Below, in pieces: positions 12,716 to 24,286 of a stretch of 64,000 bases of DNA. Below the pieces are notes generated by a model. That model was not told the origin of the DNA, searched no databases, and saw nothing but the letters and a program-made list of their open reading frames with translations. The stretch is from Octopus vulgaris (lineage: Eukaryota). The stretch lies in assembly GCA_951406725.2 (NCBI GenBank), contig OX597821.1, forward strand, positions 97,216,001 through 97,280,000, written 5' to 3'. A program made the position numbers and the translations under genes. How positions within the stretch are numbered: position 1 is the stretch's first letter; the number at the start of each line of letters is the position of its first letter.

Positions 12716-12814
12716 TATATACATGTGTATATATGTATATATATATATATAAACTTACTTGGAGAAAAGAAAAAGAAACGAAACAACGCGATGGTGCTCA
12801 GTCATACATATATG

Positions 12815-12854
<40 letters not shown>

Positions 12855-12855
12855 A

Positions 12856-12996
12856 GAGTAAGCACATAAATGTGAAACAAGGTGGGAAAAAAAATAGTAC
12901 TCAAAACCAGAGGTAGAGTAATATGCTTTATTAATAAAGCTGCAAAAGCATCACAAAAACTGCTACTGAGAGTTTCACATTCCTGTTCGTCAAACA
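12856..12996 (-). mobile_element. Family H1 hammerhead element, single arm
   Basis: Homologous to 17003-17144; motif tgt TTGACGA aca-ggaa-tgt GAAAC tctca GTA gca at 12961-12996. Confidence 0.7.
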
Positions 12997-13189
12997 ATAT
13001 ATCTTTTACTTGGGACGCTACTTTGAAGAATTTTTAGTTGAATAAATCTACCCCAGCACTTTTTCTAAGCCTGGTCTCTTCTGCCAAACTGCTAAGTTAC
13101 AGGAACGTGAATATACCAACACTGGTTATCAAGTGGTAGAGGGGAACAAACACAATCACATACATATTTAATATATGCATGAACAACCT

Positions 13190-13630
13190 GCTGTGCTTGA
13201 GGAGACCTATTGAGTCAAGTACGTGAACATCGAAATAAATATCAAATGGAAATAGTAGTTGTGATACCTGTGCCGGTGGCACGTAAAAAGCACCATCCGA
13301 ACATGGCCGATGCCAGCGCCGCTTTGACTGGCTTCTGTGCCGGTGGCACATAAAAAGCACCATCCGAACATGGCTGATGCCAGCGCAGCTTTGACTGGCT
13401 TCTGTGCCGGTGGCACATATAAAGCACCAACCGATCGTGGCCGCTGCCAGACTCCCCTGGCACGTAAAAAACACCCACGGAGTGGTTGGCGTTAGGAAGG
13501 GCATCCAGCTGTAGAAACACTGCCAGATCAGACTGCAGCCCGGTGCAGCCTCCTGGCCTCCCAGACCCCGGTCGAACCGTCCAACCCATGCTAGCACAGA
13601 AAACGGACGTTAAACGATGATGATGATGAT
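13190..13630 (+). mobile_element. Family D non-autonomous retroelement with ~60-bp internal tandem units and (GAT)n tail
   Basis: Repeated gtgccggtggcac..aaaaagcacca units; 3' cccatgctagca...ggacgttaaacgatgatgat. Confidence 0.85.
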
Positions 13631-13664
13631 AAATATATATATGGTAATTTCCTCTGCACAGTGA

Positions 13665-13965
13665 AAGAAAAATTACCTCAAGGACACATTCAAAGCCTCA
13701 TTGAAGAGCTTTGAGATCAATCCCAACACTTGGGAAACGTAAACACAAGACCACCATACGGAACAGGTTTGCAGAGGCACAAAGAAAACATGAACTACAG
13801 AAGTCCAGAGGCAACTCCTTGCCTTTAGTCCCAACAGACTACCAGTGCCCAACTTGTGGCAGAGCCTTCCCTGCATGCAACAGACTGATTGGTGACCACT
13901 GGACACACTAAGTCCCATCTTCTCCCATATGATGCTCTTGGTTATTGTCCACAATGATGGAAGCA
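13665..13965 (+). mobile_element. RTE-clade LINE 3' fragment
   Basis: LKDTFKASLKSFEINPNTWET then zinc-finger-like CPTCGRAF...LIGDHWTH. Confidence 0.7.
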
Positions 13966-13989
13966 CACACACACAGTCACATAGATATA

Positions 13990-14511
13990 CCGTAAATCCT
14001 CGAGTATAGTCTGCCCTTGAGTATAATATGCAGGGAATGTTTTGGGGGCTGTACCTCTGAAAAACCTAAACCTTGTGTATAATACGCACGCCTTCTCTAA
14101 CTTGAGCCGTGTGTAATTAAGCCAGCAGCACCTAGTCAAACAAACACTTCCACACATGCGTAATACAATAATAGTGATGTTCTTAACTGTTATAGGGGAA
14201 TGTAAATATGTTTGCAAATTGTTTTTGTTACATGTTATTCTGTGTTCTGAATACTTTTATCTTAATAAATGTTGCTTACTGCAAGTTATGGATGATTCTT
14301 TTATGACTTCATTGCTTTCAGGCTTAGCTTAAGGTATTTTCGTGCCCGACATCACAAAATGCATCTGAATAAACATTGCTGGACAGCAAATAGAGACTCG
14401 GACATTGCTTAGAAGATATTTTTCTTCTTTAACCTCGTATATAGTACGCACTAGGGATTTTGACCTTTAAATTTTGGGGAAAAAATGCAGATTATACTCG
14501 AGGATTTATGG
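13990..14511. mobile_element. Tc1/mariner (pogo-like) MITE
   Basis: 22-bp TIRs ccgtaaatcctcgagtatagtc / gattatactcgaggatttatgg, TA on both sides. Confidence 0.88.
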
Positions 14512-14636
14512 TATACACACACACACATAAAAATTCAAGGTGAGTACTTGATAATTGTAAGCACCTGTATATACCATTTGGTGGTGTAGGTGGTGGAGTA
14601 TATTAATCAAAATAAAAACATGATGCCAAGGATTCA

Positions 14637-14714
14637 GCGGTTCATATGTTTCGGGCCTTTATTAGACGGATTTATAACAATGCATGATGTGTGTCTATGG
14701 CCTTCTTCAGCCGC
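14637..14714 (-). ncRNA. Type I hammerhead with canonical core, long helix II and mutated cleavage triplet
   Basis: gcgg CTGAAGA aggcc-atagac...gtcta..aggccc GAA ACATATG AA ccgc; position 16.1 reads A instead of U; lies in ~14531-14843 flanked by acacacacacata. Confidence 0.6.
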
Positions 14715-14843
14715 GCTCAATTACTACTTCAAGGACATGTATTGCATCATAAATTCTACGTTGGGGATGCAAATCCTCACAGTCGCGTACGACATAGTGG
14801 GGCACCAGCACAAAAACGAACCGCCCATCCCATCTTTCACTCA

Positions 14844-14898
<55 letters not shown>

Positions 14899-15759
14899 CA
14901 CAAACACACACATTATGTATGTACGCATTACATATTGCAGAACAGAATTTTATACATCATGTTATTGTGAGTATAAATATATTCCAGTTTTACCCCATTT
15001 TTTAACCATACTTTTATAGTTCAGAATTTTAGTAATCAACAATCAAAAAAAAAAAAATAAAAAAAAAAAAAAACAAAAGCAAGCAGTTAAATTATGTAAA
15101 ATACCAGTTAAGTATACAGCTATTTTTCTATATTTAAAATGCTCTCAAATGAAAAAAAAAAAAACAGTATAAGTAGATTACTCATATAATATCTATCTTT
15201 ATACCAAAAATATAACCTAAATCTAAATGCATACTGATAACAGATCTCTGTAAGAAACAGATGCCAGGGACGGCTGTCTGACCATTTCTATGTTTGTGTG
15301 CTGTGTAAATCTTCACATCAGCAGTCAGAACATATAAAGTGTTGTAATGATAGATAAACATGGTATTCTGTGGTGTGTTCCTCCCCGATTAACAATTTGC
15401 AGTAACAAACAAGGCTGGTGCTACAGAGATTTCATTGAAGCAGTAGAGGTTTGAGGGCAGGTGGAGAATTAAGACGTGGAAGATTCTGGAACGGCCATTC
15501 GATCAAGGATATTTTAATGTTCAGTATGATGAGTAATATGGGGCTAATGGGAATCACTAAGAGATCTTTAAGCAAAAATTAAGACAGGAATTGTGTCAAC
15601 TTTTTAATAATACATGCACACACACACACACACACACTCATATCACAAACACACAGACACACATATCGCAAACACACACACACATTCACGCATACACATA
15701 TAAATAGATATATGTGTGTATTAGTGCATCTATCGTATTTATATACATATATATTTATA

Positions 15760-15950
15760 TATTTCTTTACTACCCACAAGGGGCTAAACACAGAGGGGAC
15801 AAACAAGGACAGACAAACGGATTAAGTCGATTACATCGACCCCAGTGCGTAACTGGTACTTAAGTTATCGACCCCGAAAGGATGAAAGGCAAAGTCGACC
15901 TCGGCGGAATTTGAACTCAGAACGTAACAGCAGACGAAATACAGCTATAT
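15760..15950 (-). mobile_element. SINE family B, 5'-truncated
   Basis: Homology to 11165-11395. Confidence 0.88.
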
Positions 15951-15976
15951 TTATACACCCTAACACACACACACTT

Positions 15977-16039
<63 letters not shown>

Positions 16040-16114
16040 TTCTCTCTCGCTTTGAAGTGTACAAATGAAAGAAAAGACCGCTCAGTGCATTTTATAGAAA
16101 TTATATTTCTAGAT

Positions 16115-16166
16115 AACAGTTGTTGACTTAAGCATTCATTAATGAATGCTTAAGTCAACAACTGTT
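16115..16166. repeat. Perfect 52-bp palindrome
   Basis: aacagttgttgacttaagcattcatt|aatgaatgcttaagtcaacaactgtt. Confidence 0.95.
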
Positions 16167-16248
16167 CTGTAGCCTCTATGTGTGTGCGCATATGATTGTG
16201 TGTGTGTTTGTGCATTGATAGATATGGGTGAGTGTGCATACATACATG

Positions 16249-16321
<73 letters not shown>

Positions 16322-16388
16322 GTATATATATATGTATGTATATTATGTATATTATGTATTAAATTTTATTTATATATATACATTTACA

Positions 16389-16519
16389 CCGGAGTAAACA
16401 CATAAATGTGAAACAAGGTGGAAAAAAAGAGTACTCAAATAGCAAAAACTGTCCGACGAATGGGAACGTTAAACTTAGAGTAACAGGTTTTGTTGAATTT
16501 TCTGCTGCTTTAAATAAAG
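16389..16519. mobile_element. Family H1 element with inversion junction and decayed hammerhead
   Basis: Antisense 3' tail joined to sense ctgt CCGACGA atgggaacgt TAAAC ttaga GTA acag (16449-16486), ending ...taaataaag. Confidence 0.75.
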
Positions 16520-16552
16520 TATATATACATTTATATATATATATATAATATT

Positions 16553-16970
16553 AGGAGTGGCTGCGTGGTAAGAAACTTGCTTCTCAACCTTGTGGTTCTG
16601 GGTTGTCCCACTGCGTGGCACCTTGGGCAAGTGTCTTCTACTATAGCCTCAGGCCAACCAAAGCCTTGTGAGTGGATTCGGTAGAAGGAAACTGAAAGAA
16701 GCCTGTCGTATATTATATATGTGTGTGCGTGTGTGCGCGTGCACGCGTGTGTGTATGTGTGTGTGTGTTTGTATTTGTCCCCCGCACCATCACTTGACAA
16801 CCAATGCTGGTGTGTTTACATCCCCGTAACTTAGCAGTTAGGCAAAAGAGACTGATAGAATAAGAGCGAGGCTTACAAAGAATAAGTCTTGAGGTTGATG
16901 TGTTCAATTAAAGGTGGTGCTCCATCATGGCCACAGTCAAATGACTGAAACAAATAAAATAATAAAAGAA
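16553..16970 (+). mobile_element. SINE family A
   Basis: Homology to 8679-9118. Confidence 0.9.
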
Positions 16971-17002
16971 TATATTATACATACATATATATATATATAT
17001 AT

Positions 17003-17222
17003 ACCGGAGTAAACACATAAATGTGAAACAAGGTGGAAAAAAGATTACTCAAATACCAGTGGTAGAGTAATATGCTTTATTTAAAGCAGCAGAAAATTCA
17101 ACAAAATCTGTTACTCTGAGTTTCCCGTTGCCGTTCATCGGACAATCAAAAACTGTCCGATGAACGGCAACGGGAAACTCAGAGTAACAGATTTTGTTGA
17201 ATTTTCTGCTGCTTTAAATAAA

Positions 17223-17223
<1 letters not shown>
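17003..17223. mobile_element. Family H1 hairpin element (70-bp perfect arms, 9-nt loop, ~70-bp one-sided tail) in (TA)n
   Basis: 17075-17144 is the exact reverse complement of 17154-17223. Confidence 0.9.
17153..17190 (+). ncRNA. Minimal type I hammerhead, U4C core
   Basis: ctgt CCGATGA a-cg-gcaa-cg-g GAA ACTC-A-GAGT A acag (GUA triplet); mirror copy on minus strand at 17108-17144. Confidence 0.7.
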
Positions 17224-17266
<43 letters not shown>

Positions 17267-17544
17267 CAATAATAAATCTCTGAATATATATATAATATAA
17301 TATGATATATATTATATGTCACATTTCATATAATGAATTCTAATCAGCATAATCATATCAAATATATTTATTCATTCAAAATATAATTGCTATCTTTAGC
17401 AATAAGACTTCCTCGCCTTGAAAATTTGTAAATTTCTTATGCAAAAACAACAATCTTGTACTGTTGACCAAGTTCTACTAAACCTCCAAGTTAAATTCTT
17501 TTATTCTTTGGTACAGATTCTCTTCAATTGCTATATATAGATAT

Positions 17545-17950
17545 GCAGATGTGGCTGCGTGGTTAAGAAGTTTGCTTCCCAACCCTACAATCTTGGGTTC
17601 AGGCCCACCTCAGCCAAGTGTCTTCAACTTTAGCTCCAGATCAACCAAAACCTTGTAAGTGGATTTGGTAGACAGAAACTATAAGAAAGCCTTCACATAT
17701 ACATGTATATGTATGTGTGTGCCAGTGCGCACCCTTGTCTTGACATCATGTGATGGTCGTGAATAAGCACCACCATCATAGAAGTGATGTTTTACCTTTC
17801 CAGTCTTCCATGTAAATATATCTGGTCATAGGAAAATATTATTGTGTATGAGGTTTGGCAACCAGAAGAGCATCCAGCCACAAACAAATTCAGCCTTGAC
17901 AAATTCCATCTGACCCATGCAAACATGGAATTGTGGACGTTGACTGATAA
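17545..17950 (+). mobile_element. Chimeric SINE: family A head + distinct middle + family D-like 3' end
   Basis: gtggctgcgtggtt...ggttcaggccc head; ends gagcatccagcc...cccatgcaaacatggaattgtggacgttg. Confidence 0.55.
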
Positions 17951-18380
17951 GGATACACTTTCTATCTATAACGTCATTTCACAGCGTCTACCTCCCTTCC
18001 CTTCACTTTCTCTTTATAACGTCGTTTCACAGCGTCCTATATCTCCCCGCCTTTGACAGCGCTTTCACACTCTCTATCTCTCTACGTCTGTCTACATTCA
18101 TAGAGAGATAATGTACACATCTACATAAACTATAGAACCTAAACATATCCATCAATGGCTTGTTGACAGAGGAATCACCTGTCTCTTGTCTTTTATCATT
18201 TACTTGTTTCAGTCATTAGACTGTGTCCATGCTGGGGCACCACCTTGAGGAATCCTTTTAATAGAAGGAATCAACCCCAGTACTTATTATTACTTTTTTT
18301 AAAGACTGGCACTTATCAGTCACTTTTGCTGAACTGGTATGTTATGGGGACATAAAAACACCAACACTGGTTGAGCAAAG

Positions 18381-18905
18381 GTGTTGGCTTTGTGCATTAG
18401 GATCATGCCATTGACGGGGATGTTTCTCAAGTGAATAAACTGAAACCAATCGTAGAGAGCACGGTCTATTTGTTGGACCTTTCCCTCTCATTGGTGCTTT
18501 CTCTTTGATGAACAACCACCGTGTTCTTTGGCACGACGGTCACCCTCATTCTTTAGAAAATTCTGGAGCAGACTTTTTGAAATTCCCAAACTCTGTGCTG
18601 CTTCCTGTTGAGTTGTTTTCCCAAGAGCTTTGTAACATTCTTGATTCATTTTTGGATGATGGTGTGTACCATATGACAGCTGGCTGACTGTGGCTGCTGG
18701 AATTTACTTGTCAGTATGTAAGAGCAAGAAAAAAAATAACCACTTCATTTGTTCGCTGCTACTTGTTGACACTTTAGGAAGAAACAAGAATTGGATTTAC
18801 TAAGCAATGGTTTGGATTTATTAAATGAGAGATTTTATGTGTAAAAAATTCCATCCAAACCCATTTTGGATACATTAAGTGGGTAGATTTATAAAGCGGG
18901 ATCTC

Positions 18906-18908
<3 letters not shown>
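18381..18908 (-). mobile_element. Tigger/pogo DNA transposon 5' fragment (CENP-B-type HTH)
   Basis: Hand translation TQQEAAQSLGISKSLLQNFLKNE...KRKHQ*EGKVQQIDRALYDWFQFIHLRNIPVNGMILMHKAN; terminus TA|caggagatcccg. Confidence 0.8.
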
Positions 18909-18939
<31 letters not shown>

Positions 18940-18971
18940 ATACAATAATATGTTACATTACTCGATAGTCA

Positions 18972-19034
18972 AGATAAAACTCTGAGTTTCAGATGCCGAA
19001 GTGGAAATCCACAACACCATCTCTTCGGTTATCT
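18972..19034 (-). ncRNA. Type I hammerhead, U4C core, downstream of PLE family 2 ORF
   Basis: agataa CCGAAGA gatg-gtgtt-gtgg-attt-ccac-ttcgg-catc-t GAA ACTC-A-GAGT T ttatct: 6-bp helix I, two-part helix II, GUU triplet. Confidence 0.75.
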
Positions 19035-19226
19035 GGCTATTTGAAAACGCTATGAAAAAATACCGTTATATAAAGGGAAATTACTGTGTTATAACTCTGC
19101 TTGCCTGTGTACTTATACATCGCTCGCATTTTTCGTCATAAAAATTATATAAAAATACATTAAAAATATATAAAAATATATAAAAATATATAAAATCTTC
19201 TTGGGACATAACATAGAAAGCATGTT

Positions 19227-19664
19227 CTATCTGTTTTCTTTAGGTGACCAAAAACGTAACAGAAATTTAGTCACATGTGGGCGTGATCCGAAAAGTTCTG
19301 TCCTTGTGTTTAGACATGTAGTAGGGTCTAAGCTGCTTTTCCAGATAATCCATCTCTCCATGTCGCATAGACCGCACCTTCCGCTGCCGTTGGTATAGGG
19401 CTTACATCTGGCCAAAATCTTCCATTGTATGTTATAATCGACACCTTTATCTCTTAAAGACCAAATATGATTAGATAATTGTGTCGCTTTTCTTTTGTTC
19501 CAGTGCCTAAAGCTCAAAGTGTGGTTATTGAACCTGGCCTTGAAATTACCCTCTGTAAGGCCCACGTATTTCTTTGTCGAAACGGTGTCTTTAGTGGTTA
19601 TAGAGTTTACGGTAGCTTCATATATGATGGTCTTGGACATGCAAGCTCCATTTAGCGGGCACAA
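19227..19664 (-). pseudogene. GIY-YIG endonuclease domain of PLE family 2
   Basis: IIY...YVG motif with conserved R, H, E, N; open for 145 aa; RT missing. Confidence 0.85.
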
Positions 19665-20369
19665 TTCTTTATTCTTGCATGAACAGCTGTTTTCTTGTTG
19701 TGTTTTTGTATGTTATGTTTGATTATGTTTTTAAAATTGGTAGTTGAACTAAAACTAATTTTTAAATTGTGTCTATTGAAGAGTTTTAGTTCAACTACCA
19801 ATACTAATACATTTGTTTGTTTGTACTCCACCTGCCTTCATCTTTTGTTTATTTTCGTAAACCTTCCTGTTATATATATATATATACGACAGGCTTCTTT
19901 CAGTTTCCATCTAGCAAATTCATTCACAAGGCTTTGGTGAGCCTGAGGCTATAATAGAAGACACTTGCCCAAGGTACCATGCAGTTGGACTGAACCCAGA
20001 ACTATGCGGTTGGGAAGCAAGCCTCTTACCACACAGCCATGAATGAATTTTTGTTAGCTTTTCTTGTTCCACAACCTAATACAATATTCATTACCTATAT
20101 AGCATTCTACTTTCTGTCACCTTAACCCCAAACCTTGACCCAGCTGGCTTGCATGAAAAGTACTCCAACTGTGGCCTTCCCATCTTTTACTCAGACATGA
20201 TATATCTATAACTACATTAATTAGTATCTCCTTCCATTTAGCAAGGTGCGATTTAAAGGAAATTTGACTGCTGCGTCTTGCAGATCAAGTGGGTGTTGGG
20301 TACCCTATTAGATCCCAGTGTTGTGAAGTCCAAGACAGCTTTATAAAAGCTGATGTTAAGCAACAAGTG

Positions 20370-20756
20370 GGAAGCACTCCGCCAGTTACGACGACGAGGG
20401 TTCCGGTTGATCCGAATCAACGGAACAGCCTGCTCGCGAAATTAACGTGTAAGTGGCTGAGCACTCCACAGACACGTGTACCCTTAACGTAGTTCTCGGG
20501 GATATTCAGCGTGACACAGAGAGTGACAAGGCCGGCCCTTTGAAATACAGGTACAACAGAAACAGGAAGTAAGAGTGAGAGAAAGTTGTGGTGAAAGAGT
20601 ACAGCAGGGATCACCACCATCCCCTGCCGGAGCCTCGTGGAGCTTTTAGGTGTTTTCGCTCAATAAACACTCACTCACAACGCCCGGTCTGGGAATCGAA
20701 ACCGCGATCCTATGACCGCGAGTCCGCTGCCCTAACCACTGGGCCATTGTGCCTCC
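20370..20756 (-). mobile_element. SINE family C (tRNA-derived)
   Basis: A box tggcccagtgg, B box gtttcgattcc; TSD aagcaacaagt. Confidence 0.9.
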
Positions 20757-21074
20757 TAAAGCAACAAGTACTACACTCAGGAACAAGTTTATCTCTCACC
20801 CATTTCAAATTATGAGAAGAGAAACTACAATTAAACAGCACAATGTCTCGAAAGATTCCTTTCTTTGAAAGGATATACATACACCTGTGCACACACACAC
20901 ACACTCACACAGATCCATCTATCTGTCTGTCTGTCTGTCTGTTTGTGTATTCATTTACAGTATGTATATTATAAAAAGACATTATTACGTTTCTAAGTAG
21001 TTCACTGCACAAAACAATAGTAAAACAGCTTCTCCCTCTCGCTTTTTGTATGTATATATGTGTGTATTTGTGTG

Positions 21075-21107
<33 letters not shown>

Positions 21108-21219
21108 GGAGGGAGAGAGAGAGAGTGAAAAAGAGAGAGATACACATTCTTACATGCATACATATACAAACACATACACACACACATATAAGCATGTATA
21201 TATATATGCATACATACTT

Positions 21220-21250
<31 letters not shown>

Positions 21251-22095
21251 TATTCCAGATTTACAACAATAGCTTTGGCAGCCAAGATTCTAAGGAATGC
21301 AAGTTTGCTTAAGGAAAACTATTTTCTTCTTGTTCTATCTGGTTCCCCCACCCACATTCCTTTCGCTTTTATATTTCAAAAGAAACTCTTTTTCTCATTT
21401 CGCTTTGTGATTTCACTGGGTTGGTTTCTTGTGTATGAATTATACCAGTAATTGGTGATGGTCATTAAGATCTTAGATAACAACAGCAACACAGGAATGT
21501 ACAGTTATGCAAAGATCAGCATTTCATTCTAAATATACTCCAAGTGTTGTTCTGCATGAATGATGCAACAACAGGGAGTTTCGTAACTTCCTGTGCCCTG
21601 AGTATACATTACCTAACAACAGCAATAACAAGAGCAACAACTAAAAGGTTTTGCATATTTCTTTTTAATACCGTAAAGCAGGAGATTATAAGTGGTTTAA
21701 TTATGTACACATACATACACGCACACACATAAATATATGCATGACAATGTTTGTATCTGTATATAGATGTTCGTCTATGTTTCAGGATATATATATATAT
21801 AAATGCATATGCTGCCCCACACAAAAGCTCCATGTGCACTCTGTAAGGGGTTGGCATAAGAAAGGGCATACAGTCATAGAAATCATGACAAATCAGACTG
21901 GAGTCTGGTGCAGCTCCCCATCTTACCCTTACCAATTCTGGTCAACTCGTCCAACCCATGCCAGCATGGACAACGGACATTAAATGATGATGATGATGGT
22001 GATGATGGTGATGGTGATGGTGATGGTGATGATGATGATGATGATGATGATGATTATAAGGATGATGGTGATGATGATGATAATGAAGATAATAG

Positions 22096-23127
22096 CAGTG
22101 GTTCTCAGACTTTTCAAAAACTTTTACGTGCCGGTCCCCTTACAGTTTTTTCAACGATCTGCAGTCCCCCTATAAAATACAGGATAATCAACATAGAAAA
22201 AAGTGACATACATTTGTGTACCATAATTTCTGGACTAAGAACTGCACTGCCCATAGACCTGCAACCCCCAAATCCACAACTTAATCCAGGCAATGTTCCA
22301 TTGGGATACAATAAGTGCACATGAAAATATGGGGAATCAGTTGATTAATTACTCTTTTAGTCTTTTACTTGTTTCAGTCATGTGACTGTGGCCATGCTGG
22401 AGCACCACCTTTAATCGATCAAATCGACCCCAGGTCTTTTTCTTTGTAAGCCTAGTACTTATTTTATCGGACTCTTTTTGCCGAACCGCTAAGTTACGGG
22501 GACGTATACACACCAGCATCGGTTGTCAAGCGATATTGGGGGGACAAACACAGACACACAAACACACACATACACACACATATATATATATATATACATA
22601 TATACGACGGGCTTCTTTCAGTTTCCGTCTACCAAATCCACTCACAAGGCTTTGGTCGGCTCGAGTCTATAGTAGAAGACACTTACCCAAGGTGCCATGC
22701 AGTGGGCCTGAACCCGGAACCATGTGGTTCGTAAGCAAGCTACTTACCCCACAGCCACTCCTGCGCTATAATTAGTTACAAAACAAACGAGAAACGAAAA
22801 ATACTGACAGCTCACGCACAATCAACTGTTATACCTGCATATTTTTATCAGCCAGTCACATTATTTAGCAAATAAGTGTGCAAGAGTGCCCACATATTTT
22901 CTATCGGCCAATCACACGATTAGCAAATAAATGTGTCGGAGTGTTGTGAGTTTTTGAGGCCAACAACAGAAAGAATGATAGTATGCAAAATTTGAAAGTC
23001 TTGAAATTTTTTAACTTAACTGTCTCAAGCCATTCTATTTTCATGATACTTCAGCTTCCCTTCTTAGTTCTCCTAAAATCGCTTTGTGGTCCCCTAGGGG
23101 ACTGCAGACACCAGTTTGAGAACCACG
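22096..23127. mobile_element. hAT-like MITE with nested SINE
   Basis: TIR cagtggttctcagac / gtttgagaaccac; flanked by (g)ataatag duplication. Confidence 0.7.
22350..22766 (-). mobile_element. SINE family A
   Basis: Homology to 8679-9118. Confidence 0.9.
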
Positions 23128-23483
23128 ATAATAGTATTCAAAGTATCAAACAGATCTCACATTCAGCTCTCTGTCATGAGCATAACTAACAAGAATGACC
23201 ATGGTGAAATTAGGGTGAGCCTTCGTGGCATTCCAAAAATCCAAGAGATATAATGATGGAGAGAATGTAGATAAATAGAACAGATAAGAGAGAATAACAG
23301 ATGTTTATTCCATTCATTTACAACTGTTTCATAATCTCATTAGTTATTTGATAGAGATTACATCAACATTCATATGCATAGTAGTTGTAACAGCTATCAT
23401 GAATCACTCTCAGGAATAGTCTTTTGTTTTCTTTCTCATTACCCTTGTATATATGAATGTACACATGCATACACACACACACA

Positions 23484-23532
<49 letters not shown>

Positions 23533-23651
23533 GCATGTATATTTTAATCTGAATGAATGTTTATGTTATATTTGTTATATAATTAACAAGATTATGAAAC
23601 AACTGTAAACAAATCGAATAAACATCTTTACTCTCACCAGACTTTGTTCTG

Positions 23652-23686
<35 letters not shown>

Positions 23687-24238
23687 ATGATGATGATGAT
23701 GCTGATGTTGGCTGTCCACTCATGACCAAGGAAGACCATCACTGATCATTCCCCATGCAAAATGATGCAAGAAGTCCACTGATGCCAGTGCATGAGATTA
23801 ATGCACCACCAGTCAGCTTCACCTAGGTTCATGTCCACAGCTACATGACAGTTGTTGGTAAGGAGATTGAATAGAAACAATATGTCCACAGCTTTCATGC
23901 TCACTGCAGTGCCCTCTTACTCAATCAGGCACCAGACAGTTGCCTTGCCAGTGACTGCACAACCTAAAATTTTACATCCAATAAAGCTTGCAAAGCACTT
24001 AACCTTTGCAAGTTACACTGGTACAATGAGAAAAACCACCCCAGTACATTCTGTAAAGTGGTTTATGTTATGGCAGGCACCCAACCATAGGAACCTTTCC
24101 CAAGCAACAATGGAGCATGAAACACTCCTCTGATTTGTCAGATCCTGTCAAACCAGCCAACCCATGTTAGCATGGAAAAACAGACATCGAAAGATGATGA
24201 TCATAATTGATAATAGTGGTGGTAGTAGTAGTGGTAGT

Positions 24239-24286
<48 letters not shown>

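Larger units (their letters stand above)
18950..19781 (-). mobile_element. Penelope-like retroelement family 2, 5'-truncated (GIY-YIG + 3' region with hammerhead)
   Basis: LFNRHNLKISFS...CSCKNKELCPLNGAC upstream of IIYEATV...YVGLTEGNFKARFNNH...CGLC..E...LNTRTEL. Confidence 0.88.

Noticed and set aside
13260-13480. CRISPR-like repeat/spacer look of family D units
   Set aside because: The spacers are homologous to each other, the context is a eukaryotic retroelement, and there are no cas genes.
16389-17223. H1 copies on both sides of a SINE as a long TSD
   Set aside because: The copies differ at many positions and in junction structure, so they are independent insertions.
21908-22324. Poly-Asp ORF including DYKDDG (FLAG-like)
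   Set aside because: (GAT)n tail of a family D copy running into a MITE; coincidental.
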